NCBI GenBank assembly: GCA_951406725.2
Contig: OX597817.1
Span: 52,142,001 to 52,206,000 of the forward strand
Direction of reading: 5' to 3'
DNA: 64,000 nucleotides
Source: Octopus vulgaris
Taxonomy: Eukaryota
Made by a program: the position numbers and the translations under genes. Below, one piece after another: positions 37,180-49,851 of the stretch (its first letter is position 1; every line of letters begins with the position of its first letter). A model generated the notes under the pieces. The model saw only the letters and a program-made list of their open reading frames with translations. It ran no database searches and was not told where the DNA came from.

Positions 37180-38186
37180 TTATATGTATGCAATATGTAA
37201 CTTAAGGACCACAAAAAAACCCCCCTTATTGCAATACAGCAATGGAATATACACCAAAATCAGAGCCAATTAAGCCTCTCACAGGCTTAATTGCTTTGGT
37301 GCTTGCATTTAGTTCTTTTTATTTTTACGAAGCTAGTTTCCTAACTATGTAGTCTTGGGTTCAGTTCCACTGCATAACATCTTGGACAAAAGTCCTCTAA
37401 CTATAGCCCTGGGCTATACACACAAATACTGTGAAGCATCCTGGTGCTTTACTGACTGAGTTTGCTCAAGTTTTTTCAAGCTATGAATGGACATTCCTAA
37501 CAGGTAAAACTCTCCTTTATTACTCTTTAGCATACAGGTTACTCTGTTAAACCAAATGCAGTGCTCATTCAATCGTATTGATTTGAATTAATCATGTATA
37601 GCATTGATTATCATCATCATTTAATGTTCGTTGTCCATGCTAGCACATTCAAAGGCTGCACCAGGATCCAGTTTGATTTGGCATGGTTTTCTACGGCTGG
37701 ATGCCCTTCCTAACGCTAACTACTCTCAGAGTGTAACAGGTGCTTTTATGTGCCACGGCTGCAATTTTGCTTGGCTTAATGGATCTTCTTCTCAAGCATG
37801 ACAATGCCAAAGGTCCTGGTCATTGCCTCCATGAGGCCCAACACTCGAAAGGAACTCAGCCACCTCGCCTCTATGAGGCCCGCTTGAAACGAACTCAGTC
37901 GTTATTTTTAGAATGGCATTGTACGGCAAGTATGAAAAGCAAAATCTAGCCAGGTTCAAGCTCACGCGATGTCTGCTCCAATAATCAGTGAATTCTTTGT
38001 GACAGTCAGCAATTGATGACAAGATGAGTTACTACAGGTCACACCATCCCAAAGTGTGTATGCATGTGACCACATGTGAACTTGTATTCTCACTGAATCC
38101 TTCAAACATGACTTACTGGTTGGAGTCAGCTCCACCCATCCTCATTGAAAACCACCACATGTACTAGTAGCTATGCTACCTTATAA

Positions 38187-38484
38187 TAATACCAACCTAT
38201 GAAACTTATGGGAAACTACCACCTGTATCATCTCTTGTGAAAGGTAGAAGAGTCCAGTTTGCAGGACATTGTTGTAGAGCTGAAAACGAGGTCATTTCTA
38301 CTCTTCTCCTCTGGAAGCCATCTACTCGCGATACCAGAGAGTGCAAACTCTCCTACCCTGATGTAATCTCCAGGCATACAGGCATCCAGCAACAGAACCT
38401 CCGTAATGCTATGATGGACCGTGAAGTCTGGTGTAACATAGTAAATTCCATTGTCTTGACCATGATAGAACAATGATGATGATG
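38187..38484 (+). mobile_element. 5'-truncated RTE-superfamily (RTEX-like) LINE end
   Basis: Reads YGKLPPVSSLVKGRRVQFAGHCCRAENEVISTLLLWKP...MMDREVW, then a (GAT)n tail. TSD ACCTTATAA at 38178-38186 and 38485-38493. Confidence 0.8.
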
Positions 38485-39502
38485 ACCTTATAACAACAGT
38501 GCTGCCCACCGAAAGGCATTCTTAACAGGTAAAACTTTCCTGAGCCTAGATGTACTAACAAGAATCATTCATCTCGATCTGAAATATCCACTTGTAAGTA
38601 AAACCAATGCAAAATGAAATCCCTAAATTAATAAAGAAATACAGTAACATGTAACAAGAAAAAGAGACAAGAAAGAAATCAAAAATTCTCATGTCAGATT
38701 ACCAAGTAAGAACTGCAAATACATGCTGTTGTAGGTTTTATTGAAAGAGGCTGCCATTTGGCGAACACTGTGGAATCCTCTTCCTCCATTACAGCTGCTC
38801 TCGATGTTTTTTTTTTGCCATTTTTTCTTCTCTTTAAACATAATTTCTTATAATGTCCATAAATTTTCTTACCTTTAATTCCAGTTTGTAATAGTAATTG
38901 TTAAATTTTTTAAAGTCATTTTTTTAATATGTTTATGTCTTTATATTTTTTTTTTGAAATATTTAAAACTTTCTTTTTATATCATTACTGTTAACAGTCT
39001 CCAAGAACAAAAATAATTCCTGGAGGTACTAAAATCTTTATTATTATTAATTATTCATTTTTTTTTTTTTACTGGCAACCAAAAAAAAAAAAAAAACGGA
39101 TTTTATTATTTTTTTTGTGAAATTTTCTTTTCTTTTCTTATTTTTTTAAAGGAGAGGGTTTAAGAGAAGAGCAGCATTTCGAGGATACCCCAGGAAGATA
39201 TCATTAAAAATTTTCAATAATACCAACCTATGAAACTTATCTATCTCCTCCAGCAAACGGACAGATAGCCAGCCACTGTCGTACACATAGATAAGTTGGC
39301 AAGTACGTTGCTGCGTTCCAGCCAAAGAAATTAGAGTCACTATGAATTTCAAAGTTCTAGCTTTTGTTGCACTTAAAAATGTTATCCTTTTATTTAATAT
39401 CTTTTTTTAACTTTTAGCTTAAATTTTTTTTAAGTCCCCCACCCACCCTTTCAGTCCTATCAATATATCATCTTCCCCTTTTTCCGCTTGTTGAGATTGT
39501 TA

Positions 39503-39520
39503 ATTTGAAAATCCTTCAAA

Positions 39521-39566
<46 letters not shown>

Positions 39567-39584
39567 TTTGAAGGATTTTCAAAT
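39503..39584. repeat. 82-bp palindrome centred on (TA)n
   Basis: atttgaaaatccttcaaatatatatt...aatatatatttgaaggattttcaaat. Confidence 0.85.
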
Positions 39585-39592
39585 ATATAATG

Positions 39593-39634
<42 letters not shown>

Positions 39635-40480
39635 CATATGTATATATATACATATATATATGTAGATATATTATATATATAATATACAGAGATATAAGTT
39701 TTTAGATCACTACCCCCATAACCCCTAAAGAGCAATCAAACAGCCTTTTTTGTTTTAGTTATTTTTTCTTTCTTGTTGTTTTTTTTTCCATTAATCATAG
39801 ACAACGTGTGGAAACTGCCTCTTCCATTATTCCAATTTCAATGTTGTAGTTTTTTCCCTAGATATGATAAAGTCAGTAAATGTTTCTTTTTGTTAAACGT
39901 CTGTTTTAGAGAGAAGGAATTTATTTAGTGAGTCCATATATATGTTGGTGCATGTGTTTGTTGTTGTTTGTTGCGTGCGTGTATGGATGTGATATGTCTG
40001 AGCAATCATGTATTTTACGAATGTTTCCTTTAAAAAAATTTCTTTTTTCTGTGTGTGCACATGTTCGTGTATTGTCAATCTGAGCATGACTGCAGTACAA
40101 TGTATTGGAGTGTGTATATGTATGTATATATATATATGTCTGTGGGTGTGTGTGCAAGTGTTATTTTCTTTTCCTCCCTCATTTCGACTTAGTGGATATA
40201 GGTTCAAGCCTAATCTACTTGAGAATCTTTCTGCCGCTGATTGGTAGAGACCGCTGCTCGCCTTTCCTGCAAAAGTAGAAAGAGATCTAATGTAAAAATA
40301 ATTCTGAGACAACAACTAACAGAACAACACATCGACAAAATAACAGATCCCCCCCCCCCCACCGTCCACCCAATCCCTTTGTCACACCGCTTCCTATTGT
40401 TTTTACTGACACCTAATTTCCTCAGACCAAATCTCAGATGTCATGGTTGTGATGTTAAAATGACAAATTTTAGTGTTTAA

Positions 40481-40700
40481 CCCTTGTGTTCGCATTATTC
40501 TGCCAAAATTAATCCTTTTTTATCCACATTGTTTTGAACTAATCATGCATTAATGTTGTAGCTATGAGATTTTGATGAGGTAGCTGTTAATTTTTAAAAC
40601 GATATTGTAGGGTTGGTGTGAGAGACCAGATCTAGCCAGTTTGAACATAAAACAGGTAGAATACTTTTGGCCGGATATGGCCGGTTTAAATGCTAAAGGG
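40481..40700. mobile_element. piggyBac-type MITE, family 2
   Basis: TTAA|CCCTT at the left end and CTAAAGGG|TTAA at the right. Sister copies at 44218-44437 and 50717-50937, partial copies near 3.9, 6.6, 37.5 and 58.3 kb. Confidence 0.8.
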
Positions 40701-43700
40701 TTAAGTAGGATACTAGAATCCTTGTCGAACCCCTAGCATGCTGATTCTCATATCAGAGTCAGTCAGAGATGCAAATTTCAAACAGAGACGTTAAAGCAAG
40801 AACCAAAGTAAATCCCTAGCAAAGACAAAAGTTTCACCTGGCGGAAAAGAAGGTAAGATTCTCCTGTCATTTGACAAGTGGCTGTGTTCAATACACATAA
40901 AAGGAATAAGAAGAAATTTCATATGATGTGCTCAACGAACATTTCAGATGCACAAGCAATATATTGAGATCATAGACAAAGTTTGACAAAGAAGGAAGAC
41001 GCTGTATGTCGTAGGTGGATGCAAGTAGTTAAGAGCCAAGAGTACCAGAAAAAAATTCTTTCATATGTTAATAAGGTTTCAAATGTTAATAAGTAACAGA
41101 TAGCTTCTAATATGTAGGTGACTTAATCTGCAATGGTTGTGGGTGTTCCTCAGCACAGTATGATAAGAGTAGAATGAAAAATGTACAGGTAGCCATGACT
41201 TTTGTGAGCAACAAAAAGTCTCTCTCTTTAAAAAGAAGAAGCAGATTGTATGATGCTTGAGTGAAAAATGTGATGTTGTATACTAGGGAAACAATGAATA
41301 CTGACTGTGGAGGATGTATGGAAGAAAGAAAAGCATCAACATCATTTAACCTCTGTCTTTCATGCTTGCATGGGTCAGGAGCTGATAAACTGGAGGGTTA
41401 CACCAGACTCCAGTTGTGTTTTAGCATGGTTTCTACAACTGGAAGCCCTAATGCCAACCACTTTATAGAGTGCATTGGTTGCTTTTACGTGGCACCAGCA
41501 TAAAATTAATGTGCCTGTGCTCATCATCATCGTTTAACGTCCGCTTTCCATGCTAGCATGGGTTGGACGGTTCGACTGGGGTCTGGGAAGCCAGAAGGCT
41601 GCACCAGGCTCCAGTCTGATCTGGCAGTCTTTCTACAGCTGGATGCCCTTCCTGATGCCAACCACTCCATGAGTGTAGTGGGTGATTTTTACGTGCCACT
41701 GGCACAGGCTAAAGGAGGCTGGCAAATGGCCATGATCGGTTGGTGCTTTTCACATGCCACCGGCATGGAGGCCAGTCGATGCAGCATGAGCAATGAGATG
41801 TAGTGATCAAGAGAAGACTGAGTTGGTACAGACATTGGGATACAAATCAAGAATGACCATTGGAATGACAGAAAGGTCAAGAGATTTAAGAGGAAGGAAA
41901 CTGTGGATAAGGAAGCTCAAGAAAGATTTATTTGACCCGTACAAGGCATGGGGAAATAAATACAAAAATTATGTTAATTGACCACACAAAGATCTTTTGT
42001 ACAATACAGAGAGAAAAAGTAGAAAAACGTTAAAGAAAAATAAAACATTTTGTAGCTGAATTAAATCGGTCAACTACCTGTAATTGCCATCATTCAATGA
42101 ATCATAAGTGGTATGTGGTTGTGGAATCTTCCATTCTCACCCAATAAAAGTATCAAGAGGCAAGTCCAACTGGAAGTGTATGTGCAGGGGGATGGGGTAG
42201 AAGGATAGATCATGAATAGTAAGTGAAAGCAAAACAATACTTAAAGGTAATGGAACTTTAACGAAACAATCAATCTGACAAAGAGGTTAAGAATGGCAAT
42301 TAATTCAAATAAATCATTCTCTTTCCTTTTAGAATTATTTAGATTTAAACAGAACCACAGATATTTTAACACTAATTTCTTGTCTTCTTTACCAAAAATT
42401 TCTGCCATTGTACCTTTATTGCTATTGCTGTTATTCCACCGAGGTCAACTTTGCCTTTCATCCTTTCGGGGTCAATAAATTAAGTACCAGTGAAACACTG
42501 GGGTTGATGTAATCGACTAGTCCCCTCCCTCAAAATTTCAAGGCTTTGTGCCTTTAATAGAAAGGATTACTATTATTATTATTATTATTGCTGTTTAAGA
42601 GATGATACGGTAGAGTATTAGGATATTTTAAATGAGGAAGGTGGTCGATGTGGAAGGAGAAGCGATCAAAGGGGGTGAGGTCAATGGTTGAAAAAGTTTG
42701 GCGACCCCTAAACTAAGGGTCTATCCCTATATGAGACCCCATGCCTGCTCAAGCAAATCATCAGTAACAGACATATCACAGATACAATATAAATGCAGTA
42801 ATGCTTTTGAACTGACATATTGGAAATGTGTCCTCATTAATCTCATAATTAAACACAGAATCGTGAGAGTTTGTAAGTAATGAAGCATAACAAAATTAAA
42901 CTCTTCTCATCAGCCTAGAGTTGAGACCGTGTGTGTGTGTACAATTCTTGCTTGTTTTTCTTACCAGTTAAGCAGTGAATGACAGAATGTTAGTGACATG
43001 GGATACAAAATCCTAACCCATTGAAAGGCGATCAGTACATCCACAGTATAAAGCTACAACTAGCCATTAAATGTTTAAAATCATTGAATCAGTGTAAATA
43101 TTCCTGTAAAAGAGTGACTTTTCAGGCTAGCTTAAATAATGTGTGTGTGTGTGAAAAAAGAGCAAGGAAATATAGAAAAAATGTGATACCCAATGACTAA
43201 ACAAATTTCTTTTATTATTTAACACATTGTTAGAAAAAACAACAAAAAAAAAAAGGAAAAAAGTCCTTATATTTCAGTAGCTCTCAGAAAAACTTTCTAA
43301 ATAAAGAGTAGTTGGTGGCTAAAACTACTCATAAAATCACAAAGGCCATAATTAAATGAAAAGATTTTATTTGCCCCTTTTTTCCGCCCTTAAACAAATC
43401 CAGTTTGTAATAACGAATGTGCTGAATAGTGAAAGCAAAATAACTAGCTTAAAAAAAAAAAGTGACAGAGAGAGAGAGAGAGAGAGAAAAGGAACAAAAT
43501 TGTGAGGATAGAAGGAAAAAAAGGAAACAAAGAGAAATCCAACTGCTGGGAGAAAGAGGTGGGGGAGGGAGGGGATGTATTGAGGCTAATCAATATTTCA
43601 ATAGAACTATAACAAGGAACCTACACGGTTATAGAATAGAAAAATGTCAATAATCCACCTAATTAGAACAACCAGCTTTAAGAGGAAAAACAGGGCAAAA

Positions 43701-46650
43701 CTGTAGACAAATAATTTACTGGTTCATCAAATAGCAGAGAATTACACTGCTTGAGATGGTAAGATGATGACAGCAGGAAGACAGGCAGCAAAGTTAAAGA
43801 GATGTGAATAGACACGATATAGAATGACAAGTGGGAAATGAACACAGACTTAAGAGTCAGTATCAATAAAACTATATCGTGTAATTATCTGCTAATTTAT
43901 GATTTAATTACATCATATGCATACACACCCAGCAACACATGCATGCACAGAGCTGGATCTGAATGGATTAACTTCTGCCTATTTTCACACACACACACTG
44001 TTATATTGAGTTTTCAACAATCACCCTCAAATTATATAATAAATGCATTGATAATCAGGTCAGAGTATCAACAATCAGATTGTAAATGTACACTATGCCT
44101 GATATCTAATTATAGTTTTTCTATGCAAACATGGGTTAAGTGTGGGTGTGGTGGGGTATTTGGGATCAGATGTCATTTTTGTTGCCAACCCTTTCTCAAA
44201 GAGACTTTTTTTTTTAACCCTTTAGTCTTTAAACTGGCCATATCCGACCCAGATATTCCACATGTTTTATATTCAAACTGGCCAAACCTAGCCTCTCACA
44301 CCTAACCTACATTGACATTCTAAAAATAAACAACCACATCATTGAAACCTCAAAGCTATAAGATAATGCTTGATTAATTCAAAACAATTTGAGTGGAAAA
44401 GTATTAGATTTAACAGAGTAATCTGAACACTAAAGGGTTAAATTACATTGGCAGAAAATCTGTCTTAATACTTCTACCTGATGCATGCGAGCATGGAGAA
44501 GTGGACATTAAATGATGACGGTTGATGACAATGCAGAGCAACCAGTCGTGTCAACAAGCAAGATAAATATATCCCCCTTTCACTCAGATGGGACAAGCGA
44601 AGCTGTAGAATGTCAACATTGATGCGCACACAGAGATATATGATGTGGCTGCCATAAATCTTCAGCCAATCAATTCCACTTGCAAGATACTGGTTGAATC
44701 AGGGCTAGAGAACACATCTGCCTAAGGAGCAGTGGAAATGAACCTGGTACAAACTGGCTCTTAACCACACATTCATGTGTGCATGTATATGCATGTGCAT
44801 GTGTGTGTAATAGGTTTGGGCTAAAATGGATATCAGTGCATATTGTAAATGAACCTGAAAATAGTTTCAATATGCAATCTCAGATGTTATCTCTTGCTGA
44901 GCAGACATAAATAGATTTCAGAGACAAAAGAAGAATCATTAGCTACACATACACTCTGCAGAGTGGTTGATGTTAGGAAGGGTATCCAGCCCCCAAAACA
45001 GACAACAAAGCATGGTGCAGTCTTTTGTCTAGCCAGCTCCTCTCAAACCATCCAACCCATGCCAGCATGGAAAGCAGACATTTAACAATGATGATGATGA
45101 TACATATCAGATTAAATTATTTCAAGTTAATTGTGTTTATTGATGTTTTACATACATGTTTTACATCATCGGTGGTGCCCCAGCATGGCTGTGGCCTTCG
45201 GGCTAAAACATTTTTAAGGATTTAAGGATTTATACATCTTTATAACACTTCAGTCGGCTTCTTTCTAGCCACAGGTTTGCTCAAGCAATTAGGGGCCACT
45301 GAAGACAACATGTGTTCCTACAAAATCACTTTTGCAGGCATGGGTGCATAGTTAAGAAGCTTGCTTTCCAACCATGAGGTTTTGGATTCAGTCCCACTGC
45401 ACAGCACCTTGGGCAACCAAATCATTGAGTGGATTTGCTAGATGGAAACTGGAAACCTATTATGTGTGTGTACACGAATGTTTTGTATATATATCCTTGC
45501 CTCAACATCATGTGACAGGTGCAAATAAGCACCATTTGTTTCCAGTCTTCCATGAAAATATTACCTCATTTGGAAACAGGGGAGGGTTGATGACAGGAAA
45601 GAATATCTGCCTCAGCAAATTCCATCCGACCCATGCAAGCACGAAAACGTGGGTCTTAAAGGACAATGTTTCTAGACATTAGGCTATACTTTAGTTGACA
45701 GCAACAGCTCCAGGTGCACCAACACACCAATCTACAGTGGGTCCATGAAAACTGAGTCAGCAAACTGCTACAGGTCGAGGGGAGGGGGTTGGCCGTTTAG
45801 TGCTGACTTATCAATTAAAGCAGTTGCTGTTGCAACACGAATATGCCAGGGTGGTGATACACGAAACCAAACATCCTCTATTTTTCTGCATTTGTTGATC
45901 TTACATAACACACCACTGGATAAACAGCGGATAAATTATAATAAATAAAATAGCAAGAAATACTAACATTTTAATTTTGATATTTAACATCAAATACACT
46001 ATTTTCCAATGGTACAGCCTCTTTCTTAGTCTCCCACTTCGATGTTCTAGCCTATTACTGTGTTGCAGTATCTTTCAATATGTTACATACATAATTGTTT
46101 GTGTATCTTGCACATTACTTCCTGTCCACATTGATGCCAGTGACTCGTACAAAGCATCTAATACAATCTGTGAAGTGGTTGGCATTAGCAAGGGCGTCCA
46201 ACCATAGAAACCATGCTAAAGGAGATATTGGAGCTTGGCACAGCCCCCTGGCCTGTCATTTCTGTTGAACTGGTCAACCCATGCCAGCACGGAAAATAGA
46301 TGTTAAATGGTGATGATGATGAGAAAGGAGGATACTCATCGTTTTCATAGCAATTAAGAAATAACTAAAATTAATTGTCTTAGACCATAAAAGAATGGAC
46401 GGAACCCTCAACCTATTTCTTTGCATAAAATTCCCAATTAATTTTTTTTTTTTTTGTTAAAAGACAAACTGTTTCATATTTTCAATAATTATCAAATGCC
46501 TCAAAACCATCTCAAATACTTGTACATAGAGAAGTAACAACTGTCAGTTGTCGTTTATATATTATTAATGTAACGAGTTCTTTAGACAGAAATCTTGGAG
46601 GTTAATTCTTTTGTTGGATCAACTTCCAAAATATAAATACTTTCTTTTAA

Positions 46651-47725
46651 CCCTTTCGTTACTATATTTCTGACCAAAATACACCCCTTATGTGTTTCAA
46701 TTAATTTCTAACGTAATCATAAATTTAGTCTGGTTTCATTAAACAACATTAACTTTTTTATTTATCAATATATTAATCTGATTTTTTGGAAGATAATTTA
46801 ATGAAATATTCTCAACCAATTCTATACTATAATTTTTGTCACAAAGTGACTCTAATTGCAGGTAGATACAGGTAAATTCAACAAAATATAAAATTAAAAT
46901 TTTGTTCAAACATCGCTATAGAAAATGGATTATTAGCTAATATTCAATTGGGTATACAACAAAATTTTACGATAGAATTTGTTATTCTGGGTAACTTTCT
47001 GATACCCATAATAATATTTACGGCAAAATAGTCTTAATTTCATTTAAGGTTATGGGAAACCACAAACTATCGTTTCTTTCGCTTTGTTTACGTTTAGCGT
47101 AATGGTTCGTTTTCGCCATAATGATTTCAAATAGGCTCATTCGAAAAAGTAAAAAGAAATAGTCTAAGGCTTTACTCCTCTGGGAAAGTCTGTGGCTTGG
47201 TCCAGTCTCTTCAGAAAAATCACCGAAAGAAACAGTTTTTAAATTTTCACTCCATTCAGGTGCCAATTCGTTTTCTTTATTGCTGTCGGAGCTCTCGAAT
47301 TCACTGTTTTCACTTTCGGAAAATGAAACATCAGATTCATTATCAAATACCATGTGCTTTTTTTTTTCAGTCATAGAGTTAGATTTATGAAGGTCTTCAG
47401 TAGAAAATCCTTCGAATTCTGACTCGCTGCTTGATATAATGAAATTCGTATCCATTTTTTGTCAGAATTACAAATTTTGAAAACACAATAGGAACAAATT
47501 TCGGAAAAAAAATCTCTCAAAATTCACGGAATTAAAATTACACTTCGATTATTGTACAAAACTGTAGTTGAACTGTTTACGAAGTATAATACGTGTTTTC
47601 ACGAATGTACTAAAGAGATTTACTCTGATATTCTCATTTAAATATGAATAGGCAGCTTTGGGCGGTTTGGTCACATTAACCAAAATTTTTTTCGGGCGGC
47701 TTTGGGCAGTTTGATAACGAAAGGG
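46651..47725 (-). mobile_element. Internally deleted piggyBac transposon (1075 bp) retaining the transposase N-terminus (47018-47455)
   Basis: TTAA|CCCTTTCGTTA and TAACGAAAGGG|TTAA termini. Acidic N-terminus, then LDYFFLLF...EII..KTNHYA...W.PITLNEIK, typical of piggyBac/PGBD transposases. Confidence 0.88.
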
Positions 47726-49622
47726 TTAATCAATCACTGAAGAATGGAAAGCAATTTAGTGAACTTGAATTCCCGTTCTACAGATTTAGCCATTTTCACA
47801 GGCTTTGTAACTGCTGTATTTACTTGCACTTGTAAGTTGCACCCCTAATTTAATGTTAAATCTTGGTACAAAACATTTCCTCTTTATAATTTTAGCTCTG
47901 CCTTATGAATAAATCACACCCCAGGCTTTTCAGTTAAAATCAAGTATAAAATAGTGCAATTTTACACACAAATGGTATAGTTATATTTATATAACACATA
48001 TTTGATAAATATTTGAACTTACAGGGCGATTATTCTTCTTCATTGGAACTTCTGACTTCAAAGGTGCTACAGGCTCCTGTAGAAACAGAAATGTATATTA
48101 GACTTTTCATAGCATACTGTAATCAATGCACATATGGTAATCATACTGTAATAAGAAAAGATTTTATAACTTTTTTTAACAACTTCAGTTGTAAGAAAAC
48201 TGACAACACTTGTAAAGACTACTACATATATGTATATATAAAACCATAATTCATGTAAGCTGTCTATATAAGAAAATAGAAGCAAACTATTTTTAAACTG
48301 CTTAAAAAAGTTTAATGCTTTTTTTAAAATTTTACCTAGACTGGCTTGCCAGTCCTCAGTCCAACTGTCCAGCATGGAAAGCGAATGTTAAACAATGATG
48401 ATGAGGTAGAGAGAGGAGAGAATGAACATTAAAACATCTGATGTGAAATAAATGAGAGTCAAATCAGCAATGCCAAAACATCTCATACTCGATGAGTATG
48501 AGAGCCATAGTTTGCAGCAGAGAGCTGGAACAGACTACTAGGAATCCCATCTGATGCTCTAACAATTCTACTAGTCCATTGTCCCAGATTGATACTTTGA
48601 TAAATGAATTCTCCACACATTCTGTAATGAATGGTAGATTCACTGACACCACACTCATAGCCCACAACAGCAAAGGTTTTGTCAGATATTTTCTTTATCG
48701 TCTACCTTTTCATGCAAAGAATTCACTCGTCTGCATCATTTGTGGAGTCAGAGGCCTTTGTAGTTTTTCCTATCCACTAGTCCCATGTTAATGGGTACAA
48801 GCACATAAATCCACATCAAAAACACACAGGCCTGCAGCATGGTCATGTAAACACAAGCAAAAATTAGTGCACTGTAGGTCGTCACTAGTATCATGTTCTT
48901 ATAGATCAGTGATGAAGGAGTCAGTGATAAATGACACTGTCATGTTCCAGGGCAAAGCTGGTGTCTGTCTACTTCAGTCCACCTTATCAACAAATTCCCA
49001 CTTCTTGGTTGACCAATAGTTGAAGGAAAGGCACTAATCTGGGATTGGAGAAGAAATGCAGTGGAGTAACCATTGCATACTTGTTAGCATTTCTTACGAT
49101 ACAGATCTAAGTTCCAAATAAGAAGTTTTGTTGATTGGACTAGTCTTGCTTAAACACTGAGACTAAATGTTTCTGCTTCTGTTTATTTCCTTTTAAAACC
49201 AAACACTCTCTCTTTTCTCTTTTACTTGTTTCAGGCATTTGACTGCGGCCATGCTGGAGCACCGCCTTTAATCGAGCAACTCGACCCCGGGACTTATTCT
49301 TTGTAGGCCCAGTACTTATTCTATCGGTCTCTTTTTGCCGAACCGCTAAGTGAAGGGGGACATAAACACAATAGCATCGGTTGTCAAGCAATGCTAGGGC
49401 GACAAACACAGACACACAAATATACACACACATACATATATATATACATATATCCGACAGGCTTCTTTCAGTTTCCGTCTACCAAATCCACTCACAAGGC
49501 ATTGGTCGGCCCGAGGCTATAGCAGAAGACACTTGCCCAAGATGCCACACAGTGGGACTGAACCCGGAACCATGTGGTTGGTAAGCAAGCTACTTACCAC
49601 ACAGCCACTCCTCTTATAAATA

Positions 49623-49851
49623 TATTTCTTTACTACCCACAAAGGCCTAAACACAGAGGGGGACAAACAAGGACAAACAGATTAAGTCGATTACATCAAC
49701 CCCAGTGTGTAACTGTTACTTAATTTATCGACCCCGAAAGGCTGAAAGGCAAAATCGACCTCAGCGGAATTTGAACCCAGAACGTAACAGCAGACGAAAT
49801 ACAGTTACGCATTTCGCCCTGCATGCTAACGTTTCTGCCAGCTCGCTGCCA
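49623..49851 (-). mobile_element. tRNA-derived SINE, family C (central domain gcctttcatcctttcggggtcgataaa)
   Basis: 11-bp TSD TCTTATAAATA. Sister copies at 52717-52943 (TSD TTTTAACTTCT), 57845-58080 and 54590-54780. Confidence 0.8.

Noticed and set aside
37493-38541. Roughly 25-bp repeat cattcYtaacaggtaaaactYtcct about 1 kb apart, suggesting an old tandem duplication
   Set aside because: The intervening sequences do not align; more likely two remnants of a dispersed repeat.
39240-39340. Possible pre-miRNA in a GC-richer unique patch
   Set aside because: I could not form a convincing hairpin or match a miRNA family I recognise.
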